A stretch of 64,000 bases of DNA. Source: Octopus sinensis. Its lineage: Eukaryota. Shown one piece after another: positions 49,837 to 62,403 of this stretch (positions within the stretch are counted from its first letter, which is position 1; each line of letters starts with the position of its first letter). The stretch lies in NCBI RefSeq assembly GCF_006345805.1, contig NC_043019.1:17483360-17547359 (forward strand). The letters are read 5' to 3'. Position numbers and translations under genes: made by a program. A model generated the notes under the pieces. That model worked only from the letters and a program-made list of their open reading frames with translations, was not told where the DNA came from and ran no database searches.

Positions 49837-50220
49837 AGGTGCAATGGCCCAGTGGTTAGGGCAGCGGACTCGTGGTCATAGGATCGCGGTTTCGATTCCC
49901 AGACCGGGCATTGTGAGTGTTTATTGAGCGAAAACACCTAAAAAAGTTCCATGAGGCTCCGGCAGGGGATGGTGGTGATCCCTGCTGTATTCTTTCACCA
50001 CAACTTTCTCTCACTCTTACTTCCTGTTTCTGTTGTACCTGTATTTCAAGGGGCCGGCCTTGTCACTCTCTGTGTCACTCTGAATATCCCCGAGAACTAC
50101 GTTAAGGGTGCACGTGTCTGTGGAGTGCTCAGCCACTTACACGTTAATTTCACGAGCAGGCTGTTCCGTTGATTCGGATCAACCGGAACCCTCGTCGTCG
50201 TAACCGACGGAGTGCTTCCA
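49837..50220 (+). mobile_element. tRNA-derived SINE family D, full length (~384 bp)
   Basis: A box tggcccagtgg, B box ggtttcgattcc; ends gacggagtgcttcca; TSD atgaatgtattt at 49812-49823 and 50220-50231. Confidence 0.93.
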
Positions 50221-52402
50221 TGAATGTATTTATATAAAACATGATAAGTTTAAAAAATTAAAACAGAAACTTGACAAAGGAATGAATTGGAAATTCATTC
50301 ACAGGACATAGACTCACTCATTCCTCATCAGTTACCATCCCCAAAAATCATTCCAATTTCATGCCTTTAATGATAATGTTGTTCGTTTTTGTTGGTATCA
50401 ACAATGAAAAGTTGTTAGGAATAATGAGTGAGTGAATGTGGAATGATGAAAACAAACAGAACACATAAATGCGAGTGCAAGTGTGTGTGTGTGTGTTTTC
50501 CCACAGAAAAACTGCTTGGGAGCCATCTTCAAAGCTTGTTTTATTTGAAATTGAAAAACAAGAAGCAATAAACAACTAAATGTTCTAAATGTCATAAAAA
50601 AAAAAAAGAAAAAAAAATTGTCAAATTTACAAGAAAGGTCTTATTCCAATTAACCTGCTAGGCTGCCATATTTTCATCATTACCTGTTTAAAATGTCATT
50701 GTCAGGTCAGTCCAATTTCAAATCTGGTAGAGCTTCACTCACCACCAATTAATTTTACTTCTAATCACAATATTTATACCAATATTTTAGTTCATCTCTT
50801 TTCTCATTTGATCTTGTATGACATTTATTCAAAATATAGACACACTACAGAGATGTTTGTACTCTCTTACTTTCTATGTGTGAAAACCTCTTTCAGCTTG
50901 ACTATAAGCATGTTTTTTTTTTTATTTACTTTAAAATTTTTTTTCTTTTACTTGTTTGAGCTTCTTTTGCAGCATTTGTCCTGGCTCCCTGAGCTCTGAG
51001 TTGAAACCCCATCATAAATAAAATTACCACCAAATATTGGGCTCAATATAATCAAAACACTTGAAACTGGTGGCCTTGTGTCTAAATTAGAAATTATAAT
51101 TATTTTGTGTATTTTTATCTGATAAAATATTAATATGACAGTAATAATAGTAATAATGATAATTTCTTTTTTAGTTCAAAGGACAATTTTGAAGTGTTGT
51201 TAGAGTGTCCTGTACATTGACTTTTCAAATTTTGTTGAGCATTTGAAGTTTACATTTTAATCCTTTCATTGTTGATAACAAAAAAGTCCACTGAAGGGCA
51301 GTAGATTGATGGAATTAGTCAAGGTATCTTCTTGTGTCTGTTCCAGATTTTTGTTTACAGTTCAGATTTTGGCTAGGAATTCAAATCCTGCAAGATGGCC
51401 AGGTCTTGTTTTTATTCACTTAAAAACTGCCCAGATGGATTGTGACAGAGTACAGTGTGAGCATTTGTGAGCAACTTCAAAAGCCTCCCCTCATCTTAAA
51501 ACAATTGATACACTAATTTTGAAGACCAAGCTCTGTGAGGTTTGAACTTGTGCCTTTTTCTCTCCAAAAATGAGACTCACTAGTAAATGAAAATTTTTAG
51601 AAATATCCTTGACAATGAGGAAATGCAGCTGCCATTGCTGATTATTTGACCTTTTTGTGACCATATTTTTAACATAAAGTACCACTTTTGAAAATAACAC
51701 TGACTAACATTTTTTTTTCTCTTTGGTAAGTGTTATTTCCTATTTGCTTCAATCTAAAAATCAAAGAAAATGACTACCATTCCCTTCAAAATTTGCTTTT
51801 ATCACCCGGGCATCAATGTTTTGAAACTGACCCATTTTCCATTACATTTCAGACAGATTCAGCACTGAGTTGCTGAAGCAGAAATATCATTATAGCAAAT
51901 ATTCTGTCCAATATCACAGATTTGCTTGTCACTTGCTTGACCTTAACCAGTTGAGCAAGTCCCTTAGTGGCTGAAAATATGTGCATCTCTGATGATGAGT
52001 AGAAGTAGTGGGGGAGTATCATAGTCATGTGCAGAGAGGGATTCTTTGGAGTTTGAATAAATGTAACAAAAGCAAAGTTTAAATGAAATATCAGTCATTT
52101 TTCATAGTTTCTAGGGGTCAGCAAATAGGGAATAATAACAGTTGCCCACTTGGAACAAAATTGTATTATACTGTGTAATCAAGAATGTGGAGGGATTTAA
52201 TAAAATGACTTTTTCATTATCAAATTGACATTTAGAATGTAACTGAAAGAAAATTTCTTACATATTGGAATGTTTTACTTGAAAACAAGCATTTCTGTGA
52301 ACCTGTGGTGAACTCAGGCAAGTTTGCATCAGAAGGGATTTGCTAAATATTTTTTAACTCCTATTCCTTGTTTGAAATGTAAAACTCATTTCAATGGTAT
52401 TA

Positions 52403-52786
52403 TGGAAGCACTCCGTCGATACGATGATGAGGGTTCCGGTTGATCCGAATCAACGGAACAGCCTGCTCATGAAATTAACGTGTAAGTGGCTGAGCACGCC
52501 ACAGACATGTGCACCCTTAACGTAGTTCTCGGGGATATTCAGCGTGACACAGAGAGTGACAAGGCCGGCCCCTTGAAATACAGGTACAACAGAAACAGGA
52601 AGTAAGAGTGAGAGAAAGTTGTGGCGAAAGAGTACAGCAGGGATCACCACCATCCCCTGCCAGAGCCTCGTGGAGCTTTTAGGTGTTTTCGCTCAATAAA
52701 CACTCACAACGCCCGGTCTGGGAATCGAAACCGCGATCCTATGACCGCGAGTCTGCTGCCCTAACCACTGGGCCATTGCGCCTCCA
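52403..52786 (-). mobile_element. tRNA-derived SINE family D, inverted relative to the 49837 copy
   Basis: Near-identical to the 49837 copy; 12-bp TSD tcaatggtatta at 52391-52402 and 52787-52798. Confidence 0.93.
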
Positions 52787-53519
52787 TCAATGGTATTAGA
52801 AGTATAGAAAATAATAAAAAATTGTCAAGTGGGAGGAGGTGTTATCTCATTTTGGCCAGAGCTCTTCATTCAAGAATAATTCTTGAGGAGTACTTTTCCA
52901 GAACCATTAATCTTTTTTCCCCTCTCCTAACCCAGATGCTTCTACATAGCCGCTCACCCTGCTTGCAATAGCAGTCAAAACTCTCTTTCAGATCATCACT
53001 TTCCTTCTTATATAAAAGCAAAACAAATTGGAAAATATAGTTAAATTATGCGAGAAAAAAGTCGGATTAAGGCTGTAGTGCCATTGACAATAAATATGCA
53101 TGGCCAAGGTTGACCATGGTCTAAATAACTACCTTCTTTTCACCAGTCCTATATCACTCTTTTTGACCCAAATCACCATTAACTTGTGTCTCAAATCCTT
53201 GTTTTTATAATTGTTGTTGTTGTACTTGTTCAGTAAACCTAAAATCACTATGACAGGGATGGTTAGGCATTCCAGGCATAACCATCCTCTGTCTTTTTTG
53301 TATATCTATCTTGGATTACATTATCTAATGTGCCCTTTCATTTTTAAAGCAGCAAGTTTCAGAAGAGTCCTTCATCAACAACAGTTCTGGTGTTAGGACA
53401 GAAATTCCAGTTGAAGCATTATTTTTCTGTTGGTGTGAACTTATCTGTGATCTTTTACACTTCCTTACTATCCAAAAGATTGCTGTTGCCATGCAAAAAC
53501 AAAAAAAAAAAACAAAACA

Positions 53520-53550
<31 letters not shown>

Positions 53551-53724
53551 ACAAAACCTTTTCATGCAGAGAGAAGTATTTCAGAATTTTTTTTCCTTTT
53601 TACGTTTTAGCCTCGTAGGGTTGGGGGTTATGAAAATAATGACATTTTGGATGTGAGACAAGGGTGAATGAACTATTGCAAGTGACATACATACTTATTA
53701 CTTAATGAATCAATTGACATTTCA

Positions 53725-53764
<40 letters not shown>

Positions 53765-53770
<6 letters not shown>

Positions 53771-54100
53771 TTATTTCTACTCTTGGCAGAAGGCCTTGAA
53801 AATTTGGTGGGAAGAGGGGGATAGTCAATTAGATTGACTCCAGTGCATAACTGGTACTTATTTCATTGAACCTGAAAGGATGAAAAGCAAGATTTAAACT
53901 CTGAATGCCAAGACAGATGAAATGCTGCTAAGCATTTTGCCCAGGACACAAACAGTTCTGTCAGCTTGCTGGCTTAACAATAATAATTATACTTTCTATT
54001 GTAGGCACAAGGCCTGAAATTTTGAGGAAGGGAGCAAGTTGATTACACCGACCCCAGTATTTAACTGGTACTTATTTCATTGGACCCAAAATGTTGAAAG
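53765..54100 (-). mobile_element. Two tandem SINE family B copies
   Basis: About 53765-53980 full and 53985-54100 3' part. Confidence 0.8.
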
Positions 54101-54337
54101 ACAAAGTTGATGTTGGTTTAAGACTGACACTCCCGATGATTTGTTGTTGCTTTTGCTCTTTTGGACTTTCTATGCAGAAAGCTTTTGGATGGATTTCATT
54201 TCCACATATACAACTGTTGGGGGTCATCTACTTTTGCTTTAAGGTCTTCCTTTCAACACTACTTTACAGGACTCAGCTCTGGTATTGTTTTGTAGGGAAA
54301 ATGAAAACTTGCATGTCCATGGTAATTCTACCTGACC

Positions 54338-54625
54338 ACATCATCATCATCATCAATGTTTAACGTCCGCTTTCCATCCTAGCATGGGTTGGATGATTTG
54401 ACTGATGACTGGCAAACCAGATGGCTGCACCAGGCTCCAGTCTTGATCTGGCAGAGTTTCTACGGCTGGATGTCCTTCCTAATGCCAACCACTCCGAGAA
54501 TGTAGAGGGTGTTTTTACGTGCCACCGGCACGGGGGCCAGTCAGGTGGTACTGGCAACGACCTCGCTCGAATGTTTTTTCACATGCTACCAGCACAAGTG
54601 CCAGTAAGGCAACGCTGGTAACGAT
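54338..54625 (-). mobile_element. SINE-like family C with two 5' modules
   Basis: (cat)n tail, V-domain-like core, modules at about 54512 and 54575. Confidence 0.85.
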
Positions 54626-55374
54626 AGTAAGGTCTGATTTCAGAAGAGACCTTCATCAACAACAATTCTAGTGTTAGGATAGAAATTCCAGTTGAAGCAT
54701 TATTTTTCTGTTGGTACAAATCACTAAATATTACATCTGCACAGACTGCTTGCCCATACTGTGCCAAAAGGTGATGCCTGGCCAGGAATTGATGCTATCA
54801 CCAGTATCCCAAATAAGTGTTTCTCCTCAAAAACTGTAAAACCAGTTTAGGGGTAAGTTATATACTTTTTGGGCTTGGTTTTTTTTTTCATGTGCTCTGT
54901 TTAAAAAATAACACACACAATACCATATGTCCTCCCTCTTCTAACAAAGGAAATATTACTTAAAATGTTTGCTAGGATTGTCTCCATTTTGAGTTTGATG
55001 AGATCAGAAATCATGTCATGTCATTCATGAGACAGAGGTACATTATTTTTACTCCTCTTGCAGGCCTCTACAATTAACTTGTGGAATGCCCGACCACTTT
55101 GGTGTACAAGCTGTTGCCAAGCCTTTGATCTCTTATGAAAATATTTCATTTTGAGAGCTTTCCTGTGGACAAAATATTAGCAAAAGTCAGTTTATTGTTG
55201 TTCATCTTGATACCAGGAACAATATGTGTCTGCATACTGTTGTTGTTGTTGTTGAGTTAAAATGTATTCTATCTGTCTGCACATATTGATATTTTGTGTT
55301 ACTGTTAAATTAACATTCTGGTGGGGTTTTGGTGTTGTTTTCTATTGAGAAGCACACACACACACACACACACA

Positions 55375-56273
55375 CATGGTGCATTCCAGAAGTATTGAGA
55401 CTTGCAGAATTGACATTTATTTAAAAAATATACAAACCCCTACTCTCTTCAAAGTAGGATCCTCTGACTTCAATGCATTTGTTGTAATATTTGAGCCACT
55501 TTGTGAAGGCCCTATGGAAATCCTCCAGAGTGAAGGTTTCAGGTCCTTTGTCACAGCCTCCTTCATCTTCAAAATGACTGCCCCTGTGGTTCTTCAGCTC
55601 AGAGAACAATCGAAAGTCAGAGGGAGGAAGGCCTGGACTGTAGGGAGGATGAGGGACAGTTTTGATGCCCGTCTCTGTTAAGTAGTTGGTCACCAAGATG
55701 AAATTGTGGACTGGTGCAGGTGCCACTGACCTGAGTGGAAGAGCTCTGACCTTTTGTGATGAAATCTCTTCCTGAACCCTCTCAAATCCTCCACAAAGTA
55801 CTCCTTGCCAACAGTCTGACTAGAAGGAACCCAGTGGATATAAGTGATGCCCTTGCCATAAAAAAGGAGATCTTTGTGAGCTTCTCAGTGTACTTACTTT
55901 GGCTGGCCCCTTGTGCCAGCAAAAACCAGATGCTTGACTCATAAAAGTTAATCCATAAGCAGTTTGGAGCATTTCCTAAGTTTCTGTAGGTTTTTGCTCT
56001 ATCTAATCCAAAACCGTATCGTCATAGTGAGTTCCCATATTGTTTTCACATCCCGATTGCATTCTGCAAACCAGTCAGCTGTGACAAGCCGTGTTTAGCA
56101 GGATGTGTTCGAAGTGTTGTTACAGCCATCTCCTTCAATCTGGAATAACAAAGGTTGGCAGGTCAGCTTATTAGATGTATAGTAATTATATACTGAGATT
56201 ACAATAATCTAGGATCGTTATAACTGCTTTGCCTAAAAAAGAAAATGTCACAAATCTTCTGGAATGTACCTCG
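55375..56273 (-). mobile_element. mariner (Tc1/mariner) transposon, internally deleted, ~900 bp
   Basis: KGITYIHWVPSSQTVGKEY...QWHLHQ and PVHNFILVTNYLTETGIKTVPHPPYSPGLPPSDF...YNKCIEVRGSYFE; TIRs (c)atggtgcattccagaagtattgagac and cgaggtacattccagaagatttgtgac; TA at 56274-56275. Confidence 0.9.
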
Positions 56274-57108
56274 TAAATAATTTGAACCACAGAAATTATT
56301 GAGCACTTACTCTTTAATTCTATAAATGAAACTGTTATTAAGACTTTATATTCTAAATTTCAGTTTGTATTTTCCACATTTATTTAAATGTATTATTTCT
56401 TCTCTTCATTTAAAAATTTACTTTGCACTCAGTTACATCTCATGACAACAAAGCAGGTTGAGAATTAATGCCTTGCCTCCCTATGCTGTTTATATTTCTA
56501 TCATTCCTGGATACTTTATGCACACATTTAGTTGATATTATATTTCTTACAAAATGGGTTTCGATTTTAGGTAATAAAAATTAATGTTGTTGCTTAGCCC
56601 CCAACAGAATGATTGATTAGATTGGTGATCAAAGGTGTTCCTGCAGTTAGAATGGCTTCCTGTTTTTTCTTTCATCTAACCAGGACTTATGCTATTTATT
56701 TATTTATCCTTCCTGTTTTTATAGACACTAGGGTGTGTTTTGAAAGAGGTTTAACTGTAACCACATACAGGGCAATTTGTTAGCAAACAAAAACCAACCA
56801 ACCAACCAACCAAACGAACAAAAAAAAAAACCCTTATATTATATCTCCTATTTGCTCAATAGAAATTACTCTATGGTTAGTCATAAAAGTTTTATCCACC
56901 CATTAAAGATATTATCCGCCCTGTATGGTGTAACATTTATAGGCAATGATAATTCCTTTTTTTATATGAGGTTAATTTATATAAGGGGGTAGTTATAATC
57001 ATGGAAATGAACTTTGATGATTATTTATCCCAAACACTGGTGCAGGTTAAGTCAATTGCTTAACACTTTGGCTATCATAGGTATCCATTAATGGGTGATA
57101 AGGCTTAC

Positions 57109-57256
57109 TGATTGGAGTGTAGTAGTGGCCAACAGTTGATTGTATCAATCCTAGTATTTGACTGTAATATATTTTATTAACTTCAGAAGAATGAATGCCA
57201 ATGTCAACTTGTGTTAGATTCAAAATTGGGACATAAAGAGCTGCTGTTACTAAATA
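57109..57256 (-). CDS. Candidate 148-nt coding exon YLVTAALYVPILNLTQVDIGIHSSEVNKIYYSQILGLIQSTVGHYYTPI
   Basis: Acceptor aatacttttgcag|, donor TCA|gtaagc; single open frame over the whole exon; phase 0 to 1; a competing plus-strand pseudo-exon overlaps it; no homology confirmation. Confidence 0.3.
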
Positions 57257-57342
57257 CTGCAAAAGTATTTATTTTGTTTGATGCTGTAACAAGTCTGCCA
57301 AAGCATCATCTTATCAATGTTACCAGTACCTAATTTAAATTT

Positions 57343-57515
57343 GTGGTGCCATGTAAAAAGCACCCAGTAAAGTGGTTGGTGTTAGGAAGGGCATCCAAAC
57401 ATAGAAACTCTGCCAAAACCGACTGTGGAACTGGGTGTGGCTCCTGGCCTTGCCAGCTCCTGTCAAACTGTCCAGTGCATGCCAGTATGGAAGAGAAGAC
57501 TTTAAATGATGATGA
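57343..57515 (+). mobile_element. SINE-like family C, diverged
   Basis: ggtgccatgtaaaaagcacc...ttggtgttaggaagggcatcc...catgccagtatggaa...(gat)n. Confidence 0.8.
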
Positions 57516-57689
57516 TGATAAGAAAAAGATAAGTGAAGTCAGAGCCTGTAGGATTTGAACTCAGAACCAAATACTCAGATACAATTACATCTTCAGTATC
57601 CTACCATGTTAGGCTTGTTACAACCGCCCTCATAGGCAAAAGGTTTCGTCAGTACAGTCAGTGACTTTTTATTTTATCTTTTGTCTTTG

Positions 57690-57888
57690 GCTTGTTATAG
57701 TCTTGGATATGTGGCCATGCTGGGGCACCACCTTGAAGAATTTTAGTAGAAAGAATCGACCCCAGTATGTATTTATTTTGTCAGGTCTTTTGCTGAACTG
57801 CTAAGTTGTGTAAACACACCAACACTGGTTGTCGAAGCAGTGGTGGGGGACAGGCGCGGGCACACACACACGCACGCACACACGCATG

Positions 57889-57919
<31 letters not shown>

Positions 57920-58470
57920 CAAACTTCTTTCAGTTTGTGTCCATCAAATCTAATTACAAGGCTTTGGTCAGCCTGAGACTAGAGTAGAAAACACTTGCAC
58001 AAGGTGCCATGCAACGGAACTGAACCTGGAACCATGGGATTGGTAAGCAATCTTCTTACCACATATCCATGCCTATGCCTATTACTCTTTACTCTTTTAC
58101 TTGTTTCAATCATTTGACTGCGGCCATGCTGGAGCACCGCCTTTAGTCGAGCAAATCGACCCCGGGACTTATCCTTTTGTAAGCCCAGTACTTATTCTAT
58201 CGGTCTCTTTTGCCGAACCACTAAGTTACAGGGACGTAAACACACCAGCATTGGTTGTCAAGCAATGCTAGGGGGACGAACACAGACAAACACACACACA
58301 CACACATATATACATATATACGACAGGCTTCTTTCAGTTTCCGTCTACCAAATCCACTCACAAGGCATTGGTCGGCCCGGGGCTATAGTAGAAGACACTT
58401 GCCCAAGATGCCACGCAGTGGGACTGAACCTGGAACCATGTGGTTGGTAAACAAGCTACTTACCACATAT
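57690..58470 (-). mobile_element. Two tandem SINE family A copies (old 57690-58078, young 58084-58470)
   Basis: Family A matches, head to tail. Confidence 0.88.
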
Positions 58471-58944
58471 CCATCCCTATGTTACTGTTAATTTTTTTTT
58501 TTTTTTTTTTCATATATTGTAGATTCCCTTCTTTTGTTCAGAATGCTTTTTTGCTACCACTCACTTTTTATTAGTATATTGTTTTTACGCAGTGGTGTGG
58601 AGTGGCATCTGTATAAAATCATTTGACAGCACAAGAGATATAGACTGTATCAGGCATTTGTATTATATAAAATAGTTCAGCACTGATAACATAACATTAG
58701 GATTGATTTAATCATACTAACCCAATTACCGTAATTGTTTCCTTGTCACTTGAGACATAGCCATTGTCTTTGCACACTGCATGGTAGGCTGGCAGGCACA
58801 GTTGTCTGTGGATGTTGCTGTGAATTCTCACTGAACTAAGCCTAGTCTCTGACATGGTTTCAAATGCAAAGGAAATATAATAATTTCACTTCACCATTTA
58901 CATCATTGGTGCCATTGAAAATTCATGCATGTCACAATTACACA

Positions 58945-58947
58945 TTT

Positions 58948-59001
<54 letters not shown>

Positions 59002-59030
59002 CAAATACACACATATCTCTCTCTCTCGCG

Positions 59031-59095
<65 letters not shown>

Positions 59096-59250
59096 CATAC
59101 ATACATATATATATATATAGTTGTACATATATGCGCATATTTATACATACATACATATATATATAGTTGTACATATATCCACATATATATACATACATGC
59201 ACACACACACACATGTATGTATGTATAGATATAAAGTATATATACACACA
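58945..59250. repeat. Compound (TA)n/(CA)n/(CT)n/(TACA)n microsatellite block
   Basis: Directly visible. Confidence 0.95.
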
Positions 59251-59587
59251 CATGCACAAAGATTTTTTTTAACTTTCTCTAAACATTTTAGTATTTGTAC
59301 TTACTGGTATAAATATACACACTAAAATGTCTAGGTAATTTTGTTTTGTTTATTTTTCTTTTTTTTGGGGGGGGGTGGATAAGGAGATTAGTAAAAGTGA
59401 CATTGCATAATGCATATGATATTGGACAATGGTATCAGATTCGAAATTATTGAGTTTAAATTTCATTGCAGGCATTTTGTCACAGATCTGTATAATAAGA
59501 CTTAACCCATTGGCATTCAGATTATTTTGTCAGATATAATACTCATTAAAAGAAAAAAAAAAGTTTTATTTTATTTGCCCAAGAAAA

Positions 59588-59952
59588 GAGCGCAGGAGTG
59601 GCTGTGTGGTAAGTAGCTTGCTTACCAACCACATGGTTCCGGGTTCAGTCCCACTGCGTGGCACCTTGTGCAAGTGTCTTCTACTATAGCCTCGGGCCGA
59701 CCAAGGCCTTGTGAGTGGATTTGGTAGACGGAAACTGAAAGAAGCCTGTCGTATATATATATGTATATATATATATGTGTGTGCGTGTGTGTTTGTGTGT
59801 CTGTGTTTGTCCCCCTAGCATTGCTTGACAACCGATGCTGGTGTGTTTATGTCCCCGTCACTTAGCGGTTCGGCAAAAAGAGACCGATAGAATAAGTACT
59901 GGACTTACAAAAGAATAAGTCCCAGGGTCGAGTAGCTCGACTAAAGGCGGTG
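59588..59952 (+). mobile_element. SINE family A, 3' end lost
   Basis: Breaks at ctaaaggcggtg. Confidence 0.9.
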
Positions 59953-60043
59953 TTTACTTGATTCAATTTTAGAAAAATTGAAGCATATCTTTGACAATTC
60001 TGGAGCATATTGAACTTGTATTGTGTGTGACTTTTAGCCCACC

Positions 60044-60046
<3 letters not shown>
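59953..60046 (-). mobile_element. Tc1/mariner-type terminal fragment
   Basis: Minus strand TA|CAGGGTGGGCTAAAAGT next to (TA)n. Confidence 0.55.
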
Positions 60047-60077
<31 letters not shown>

Positions 60078-60081
<4 letters not shown>

Positions 60082-60237
60082 GAGTGGCTGTGTGGTAAGT
60101 AGTTTGCTAACCAGCCACATGGTTCCGGGTTCAGTCCCACTGCATGGCATCTTGGGCAAGTGTCTTCTGCTATAGCCCTGGGCTGACCAATGCCTTGTGA
60201 GTGGATTTGGTAGACGGAAACTGAAAGAAGCCTGTCG

Positions 60238-60282
<45 letters not shown>

Positions 60283-60505
60283 GTGTATGTGTGTGTGTTT
60301 GTGTGTCTGTGTTTGTTCCCCTAGCATTGCTTGACAACCGATACTGGTGTGTTTACGTCCCCGTCACTTAGCGGTTCGGCAAAAAGAGGCCGATAGAATA
60401 AATACTGGGCTTACAAAAAAAGAATAAGTCCCGGGGTCGAGTTGCTCGACTAAAGGCGGTGCTCCAGCATGGCCGCAGTCAAATGACTGAAACAAGTAAA
60501 AGAGT
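60078..60505 (+). mobile_element. SINE family A, young copy flanked by (TA)n
   Basis: Family A match; (TA)n at 60047-60077 and 60505-60525. Confidence 0.93.
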
Positions 60506-61039
60506 ATATATATATATATATATATAGGGGTGGGAAGGTAACTATGCCATTATTAAAAAAACAAAATCATTACATGTCCCCACCTCCTCCCCCCCAGCAT
60601 TTTGTTACATTGTTTCTCCTTACAAATTCTACTACACTATCAAGTATAGTTGGACTTACTTGATAAGTATTGAGCTGCTGATAAATAACAATACCTTTAG
60701 TCCCCAGAGTTTCCAAATACTAATGCTTAGATATTTTCATATCTTTTCGTTTTAAATGTTGTTAGCCTGATATGAGCATTCAGAAATGAAACTGTTATAT
60801 ATTTCATTTTGACTCATTCTTTAAATTTTACTTTACTGCATATTTTGCTAGATGACTAGGCTGTAAGGAGAGACCCAGTTCTTGTCAAAACAAATTTTAT
60901 AATAAATTAAAGTTTGCTTATAATATTTAGTCCTTCCCTATCGCCATCAGTAAATGGTTTGTTATTCATAAATTTTCTAAACAACATAAATTTTCTAACT
61001 GCTAAAATAACATTTCTTATGGAATTGATGTGAATTATA

Positions 61040-61385
61040 GGCATAGGTGTGGCTGTGGGGTAAAGAAGCTTGTTTCCCAACCACATGAGCTTGTATCTTC
61101 TTCTATAGCTTTTGGCTGACCAAAGCTTTGTGAATGGATTTGGTAGATGGAAACTGAAAGAAGCCCATTGTATGTGTGTGTGTTTATCCTCCACTACCAT
61201 TAGACAACTGGTGTTGGCATGTTTACATCCTTGTAACTTAGCAGTTCGGCAAAAGAGACTTGTAGAATAAGTACCAGGCTTAAAAAAAAAAATACCAGGG
61301 TTAATTCATTCAGCAAAAAATTCATTCAGCAAAAAATTCATTCAGCAAAAAATTCTAATGACTGAAGCAAGTAAAAGATAAATAA
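61040..61385 (+). mobile_element. SINE family A, old copy with an internal 17-bp triplication
   Basis: aattcattcagcaaaaa x3 near 61303-61354. Confidence 0.8.
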
Positions 61386-61807
61386 TAAAGACAATGAGTG
61401 GCCTATTATAAAACTGTTACCAATGATACTATTTACTACAAATTGCTATATAAAATAAACTAAATGCTTGTAAAATTACTCCAATTATCATATTGTAAGT
61501 CATCAATAATGTCTGTAATTTTCCTTCCATCACTCACTACATAATTTTGGTATCTCAGTCATTCCTCATTTCCTGAGTGGTGTTTTAAACACAAACTAGC
61601 CTCTGTTGTACTGGTGTGTATATATTATATTAGTAGATATTATGTTGCATTTGATTGATAAGCATTGCTACACCCAATGATAACAGGACCCCTAAGAGTC
61701 AATATAACCAGTTCTTTCTCTTTTCCCTTGCCCAAAATTAGTGGCTTTGTTCATAGAGATCATATGAACAGTTAAGGAATGTTATTTTCCATTGACAACT
61801 AGCTTAA

Positions 61808-62403
61808 CCCTTGAACATGTAAACTGGCCATAGAAGGCCAAAATATTCTGCTTTATGTTCAAAGTAACCAGATCCTGCCTCTTGCACATACCATAAAATG
61901 TCATTTTTAGAATAAACAATCACGTGCTAACGATTCTGCAAGCTGGCAAAATCGTTAGCACGTCGGGCGAAATGCGTAGCCGTATTTCGTCTGCTGTTAT
62001 GTTCTGAGTTCAAATTCTGCCGTGGTCGACTTTGCCTTTCATCCTTTCGGGGTCGATAAATTAAGTACCAGTTACACATTGGGGTCGATGTAATTGACTT
62101 AATCCATTTGTTTGTCCTTGTTTGTCCCCTCTGTGTTTAGCCCCTTGTGGGTAGTAAAGAAATAAATTTTCCATTGACAACTAGCTTAACCCTTGAACAT
62201 GTAAACTGGCCATAGAAGGCCAAAATATTCTGTTTTATGTTCAAAGCAACCAGATCCTGCCTCTTGCACATACCATAAAATGTCATTTTTAGAATAAACA
62301 ATCACATCATTGAAATCTCAAAGCTATGACACAATGCCTGATTAATTCAAAATGGTAAGAATGAAGTAATCCTTACATATGACAGTCATCTGAATCTGAA
62401 GGG
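61808..62403. mobile_element. piggyBac-type MITE with its left end duplicated by a SINE insertion
   Basis: ttaa|cccttgaacat at 61804 and again at 62186; right end gaaggg|ttaa at 62403. Confidence 0.75.
61924..62165 (+). mobile_element. SINE family B with fold-back 5' end and 140-bp flanking duplication
   Basis: Direct repeats 61784-61923 and 62166-62305 (2 mismatches). Confidence 0.92.

Noticed and set aside
49837-49912. tRNA gene
   Set aside because: Has A and B boxes but no complete cloverleaf; it is the head of a TSD-flanked SINE. No intact tRNA, rRNA or snRNA gene was recognised anywhere in the window.
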